Translations under genes and position numbers: made by a program
The notes under the pieces: generated by a model
The model's database searches: none
Told to the model about the DNA's origin: nothing
The model's input: only the letters and a program-made list of their open reading frames with translations
DNA from: a bacterium
GTDB lineage: Bacteria > CALINM01
DNA length: 10,869 nucleotides
Assembly: GCA_041640455.1 (NCBI GenBank)
Contig: JBEQAF010000073.1
Coordinates: 1-10,869, forward strand
Reading direction: 5' to 3'
Shown: piece by piece, positions 7,688 to 10,869 of the stretch
Position numbering within the stretch: the stretch's first letter is position 1
Layout of the letters: each line of letters begins with the position of its first letter

Positions 7688-8444
7688 CAAACTCCTCATC
7701 TATGGTTAATATAATCGGTCCTTTTCTTGTAATAGCCACACAGTGTTCAAAATGAGCCGAAAGCTTGCCGTCAACAGTCCTTGATGTCCATCCGTCGCTG
7801 TCAATCTTGACCTCATCTGAACCTTCATTAACCATTGGCTCAATAGCAAGCACCATCCCCTCTTTCAGTTTTACTCCGCACCCAGGCTTGCCAAAGTTAG
7901 GAACCTGAGGTGATTCATGGAGACTTTTGCCTATCCCATGTCCAACGAATAATTTTACCACAGAGAACCCATTACTTTCAACTGTTCTCTGAACAGCATA
8001 TGAAATATCAAAGAGCCTGTTACCTGCTACCGCCTTTTCTATACCCTTGAACAAGGCATTTTTTGTCACATCTATCAGCTTCTGGGCATTTTCAGATATT
8101 TTACCGCAACCTACAGTTACTGCTATATCTGTATAATAACCATCTTTTACTGCACCAAAATCAAGGCTAACAATATCTCCTTCTTTTAAAACCTTGTCCT
8201 TTTTAGGTATCCCGTGCACCACCTCATCATTTACAGAGACACATATGCTTGCTGGATACCCATGATATCCAAGAAAAGCCGCTTTAACACCATTTTTTTT
8301 TACTTCTTCAACAACCAGATCATCAATGTCTTTTGTCGAAATGCCCGGCTTTATCTCAGCTGTAACTTTTTTTAAAATTTTATTGCCTATTCTTCCCGCT
8401 TCTCTGAGTTTTTTTATATCATACTCATCTTTTATTAAAATCAA
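7680..8444 (-). CDS. map: Methionine aminopeptidase, type I
   Basis: [15 protein letters not shown]; metal ligands intact in LDFG, YTD, GHGIG..LHE, AIEPM and SAHFEH; TTG start. Confidence 0.97.
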   Translation of the reverse strand: MILIKDEYDIKKLREAGRIGNKILKKVTAEIKPGISTKDIDDLVVEEVKKNGVKAAFLGYHGYPASICVSVNDEVVHGIPKKDKVLKEGDIVSLDFGAVKDGYYTDIAVTVGCGKISENAQKLIDVTKNALFKGIEKAVAGNRLFDISYAVQRTVESNGFSVVKLFVGHGIGKSLHESPQVPNFGKPGCGVKLKEGMVLAIEPMVNEGSDEVKIDSDGWTSRTVDGKLSAHFEHCVAITRKGPIILTIDEEFGG

Positions 8445-8447
8445 CTA

Positions 8448-9092
8448 TCATCCTTCTAAAATTTTAATGATAGATCTGAATATCTCTTCAGGGCTCTTAG
8501 TACCATCTATCTCAAACAGAATCCCCTTTTTAGAGTAAAACTCGATAAGTGGTGCGGTCTGGGAATGATATACGGCAAGCCTGTTTTTAATAGTCTCTTC
8601 GTTATCATCCTGTCTCTGATAAAGCTCACCGCCACACTTGTCGCAAACAGAATCTTTCTTAGGCGGATCAAAGACTATGTGATACATCTGACCACAGGAT
8701 TTACAAGTTCTTCTACCTGTAAGCCTTTTTAAAAGCTCCTCATCAGGAACGATTAATGCAAGCACTTTATCGAGCGGCATTCCAAGATTTTTAAGCATAT
8801 TATCAAGCGCTTCTGCCTGAGCAACTGTTCTAGGGAAACCATCAAGAATAAAGCCCTTTTTGCAATCATCCTGTTTTAATCTATCTTCCATGATACCTAT
8901 AACAATATCATCGGTAACAAGCTTTCCAGCATCCATATACTCCTTTGCCTTTTTTCCCATCGGAGTACCTTCTTTTACAGCGGCTCTCAGAATATCACCC
9001 GTTGATATCTGAGGAATTCCATATCTGTCAATCATCATCTTTGCCTGAGTGCCCTTACCGGCACCAGGAGGTCCTAAAAAAATAAGCTTCAT
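8448..9092 (-). CDS. adk: Adenylate kinase (long form, Zn-binding LID)
   Basis: P-loop GPPGAGKGTQA, ISTGDILR, GFILDGFPRT, LID CKSC...CDKC, QRQDD. Confidence 0.98.
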   Translation of the reverse strand: MKLIFLGPPGAGKGTQAKMMIDRYGIPQISTGDILRAAVKEGTPMGKKAKEYMDAGKLVTDDIVIGIMEDRLKQDDCKKGFILDGFPRTVAQAEALDNMLKNLGMPLDKVLALIVPDEELLKRLTGRRTCKSCGQMYHIVFDPPKKDSVCDKCGGELYQRQDDNEETIKNRLAVYHSQTAPLIEFYSKKGILFEIDGTKSPEEIFRSIIKILEG

Positions 9093-9100
9093 AATCCCCC

Positions 9101-10426
9101 CTACCTTCTTCCTCTTAATCTTCCTTTTTTAGTAAAGCCTTCATAGCTCCTCGCCAGCATAAATGTTTCTATCTGCGCAAGAGTATCAAGGGCAACACCT
9201 ACGGTAATAAGCAGTGCCGTGCCACCAAAATAGAAAGGCACATTAAACTTTGTCACCAGAATATTGGGAAGTACACATATTATAGCAACATACACAGCAC
9301 CACCAAGAGTAATCCTTGAGAGTATTCTGTCAATATACTCTGCAGTTTTAGGTCCCGGTCTTATTCCAGGCACATAACCGCCATATTTTTTCAGATTTTC
9401 TGCCACATCATTGGGATTAAAAACTATGGCTGTATAGAAAAAAGCAAAAAATATGATTAATCCTACAAAAAGTATATTATAAAGCAGACTGCCAGGTGAG
9501 AGACTTCTTAAAATGGCTTCAATTATAGGAGACTTTGCGAGTGCCTCCTTAGGTATAAAGCTGGCGATTGTTGCAGGAAACATCAGAATTGAAGATGCAA
9601 ATATGGGTGGAATAACACCTGAAGAGTTTACCTTTAAGGGAAGATGGGTGCTCTGATTACCATATACCTTGGTCCCCACTACCCGTTGTGGATAGTGAAT
9701 GGGTATTCTTCGTTGCGAGGTCTCCATAAAGATAATAACGGCTATTACTGCAACCATCAATATAAGTATGAATAGTAGAAAGAAAAGATTAAGTTCTCCT
9801 GTTTTTAGTAGATTAAACGTATTTCCAAGTGCTGAGGGCATTCTTGCAACTATGCCTGCGAAGATTATCATAGAGATTCCATTACCAATGCCTCTTTCAG
9901 TCATCTGCTCACCAAGCCACATAATAAAGGCTGTTCCAGAAGTTAAAGTTAATGTAGTAATTATTCTGAACCCCCATCCAGGATTTATGACCACACTCTG
10001 TCCGAGCGGACCTGTGGTATGCTCAAGTCCATAGGCTATACCTAAACCCTGGATAACGCTTATTACTATAGTTCCATACCTTGTATACTGACTTATCTTC
10101 TTTCTTCCCAGATCCCCTTCCTTCTGTAACCTTGCAAGGGATGGAGAAACAACTGTTAATAGTTGCATAATAATTGATGAGGAGATGTAAGGCATTATAC
10201 CTAATGCAAAAACAGAGAACCTCTCAAGAGCTCCTCCGCTGAACATATTAAAAAAACCGAAGACCGTACCGCTTGCCATTTTAAAAAATTCGGATAAAGC
10301 CTCAGCATCAATACCGGGAGTGGGTATATGTACCCCGATTCTATAAACTATTAGCATTAACAAAGTAAACAGGAGCCTTTTGTTTAGCTCTGGTACCTTG
10401 GGAACGTTCTGAAATTTGTTTATCAA
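9101..10426 (-). CDS. secY: Preprotein translocase subunit SecY
   Basis: [75 protein letters not shown] start overlapping the rplO stop (TTGA), GGAGG RBS upstream. Confidence 0.98.
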   Translation of the reverse strand: MINKFQNVPKVPELNKRLLFTLLMLIVYRIGVHIPTPGIDAEALSEFFKMASGTVFGFFNMFSGGALERFSVFALGIMPYISSSIIMQLLTVVSPSLARLQKEGDLGRKKISQYTRYGTIVISVIQGLGIAYGLEHTTGPLGQSVVINPGWGFRIITTLTLTSGTAFIMWLGEQMTERGIGNGISMIIFAGIVARMPSALGNTFNLLKTGELNLFFLLFILILMVAVIAVIIFMETSQRRIPIHYPQRVVGTKVYGNQSTHLPLKVNSSGVIPPIFASSILMFPATIASFIPKEALAKSPIIEAILRSLSPGSLLYNILFVGLIIFFAFFYTAIVFNPNDVAENLKKYGGYVPGIRPGPKTAEYIDRILSRITLGGAVYVAIICVLPNILVTKFNVPFYFGGTALLITVGVALDTLAQIETFMLARSYEGFTKKGRLRGRR

Positions 10427-10869
10427 GCTATTACCTCCGCTTTCCCGCCGGCTTTTTCAATCTTCTCTATAGCTTGCTTACTAAACTTATGCGCCTTTAT
10501 GGTCAACGATACCTTTAAATCACCGTCTGATAAAATCTTTATACCATCCATCATATCCCTGATTATCTTTTTCTCTGCAAGAAGCTCCGGTGTAATTACC
10601 GAACCGGCTTCAAAGCAGTTAAGTTTATCTAGGCTTACTATGGCATATTCCTTTTTAAAAAGAGCATTTTTAAAGCCCCTTTTTGGAATTCTTCTAACCA
10701 GCGGCATCTGGCCACCTTCAAAAATCGGAGATATTGATGCCCCTGCTCTTGCAGTCTGTCCTTTTCCGCCTCTACAGGATGTTTTGCCATGTCCTGAACC
10801 GCCACCTCTTCCAACTCTTTTATTCTTTTTTACAGCACCTTCTGCTGGTTTCAGATTGTTTAACTTCAT
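10423..10869 (-). CDS. rplO: 50S ribosomal protein L15
   Basis: [47 protein letters not shown] at the window edge. Confidence 0.98.
   Translation of the reverse strand: MKLNNLKPAEGAVKKNKRVGRGGGSGHGKTSCRGGKGQTARAGASISPIFEGGQMPLVRRIPKRGFKNALFKKEYAIVSLDKLNCFEAGSVITPELLAEKKIIRDMMDGIKILSDGDLKVSLTIKAHKFSKQAIEKIEKAGGKAEVIA

Noticed and set aside
4250..7699. N-terminal extensions in the ORF track for YyaL (4282), RpoA (5924) and IF-1 (7699)
   Set aside because: Downstream starts (4249, 5885, 7687) match the family N-termini and have a proper SD or promoter, so the extensions are longest-ORF artefacts.
8442..8450. In-frame adk-map read-through fusion
   Set aside because: Two consecutive stops (TGA, TAG) separate the genes and map has its own GAAGGA SD; re-initiation is the simpler explanation.
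3634..10034. Plus-strand ORFs in the track (3634-3825, 4590-4898, 5010-5492, 5990-6190, 7008-7295, 8326-8538, 9699-10034)
   Set aside because: All lie antisense to well-conserved genes, have no recognisable motifs and look like shadow ORFs.

Overview
Mostly core-genome DNA from an AT-rich bacterium. The RpoA, SecY and Adk sequences look Desulfobacterota/deltaproteobacteria-like, but that is an impression, not a search result. The right 6.4 kb (minus strand) is the distal end of the conserved spc-alpha ribosomal cluster: rplO-secY-adk-map-infA-rpmJ-rpsM-rpsK-rpsD-rpoA-rplQ (rpmJ is missing from the ORF track). It is followed by a CCA-less tRNA-Asn(GTT) with its own near-consensus sigma70 promoter and an intrinsic terminator. 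The left 4.3 kb holds a YyaL/SSP411-type thioredoxin-domain gene, a nitroreductase and a TauE/SafE-family permease (all minus), converging on the 3' part of a PhoR-like sensor kinase (plus). I found no mobile element, CRISPR array or clearly novel multi-gene system. The most noteworthy signals are non-coding: a probably leaderless extended -10 promoter for yyaL-nitroreductase, a motif-dense spacer upstream of tauE, a 10-bp inverted repeat bracketing tauE, and many non-ATG starts in the ribosomal cluster.
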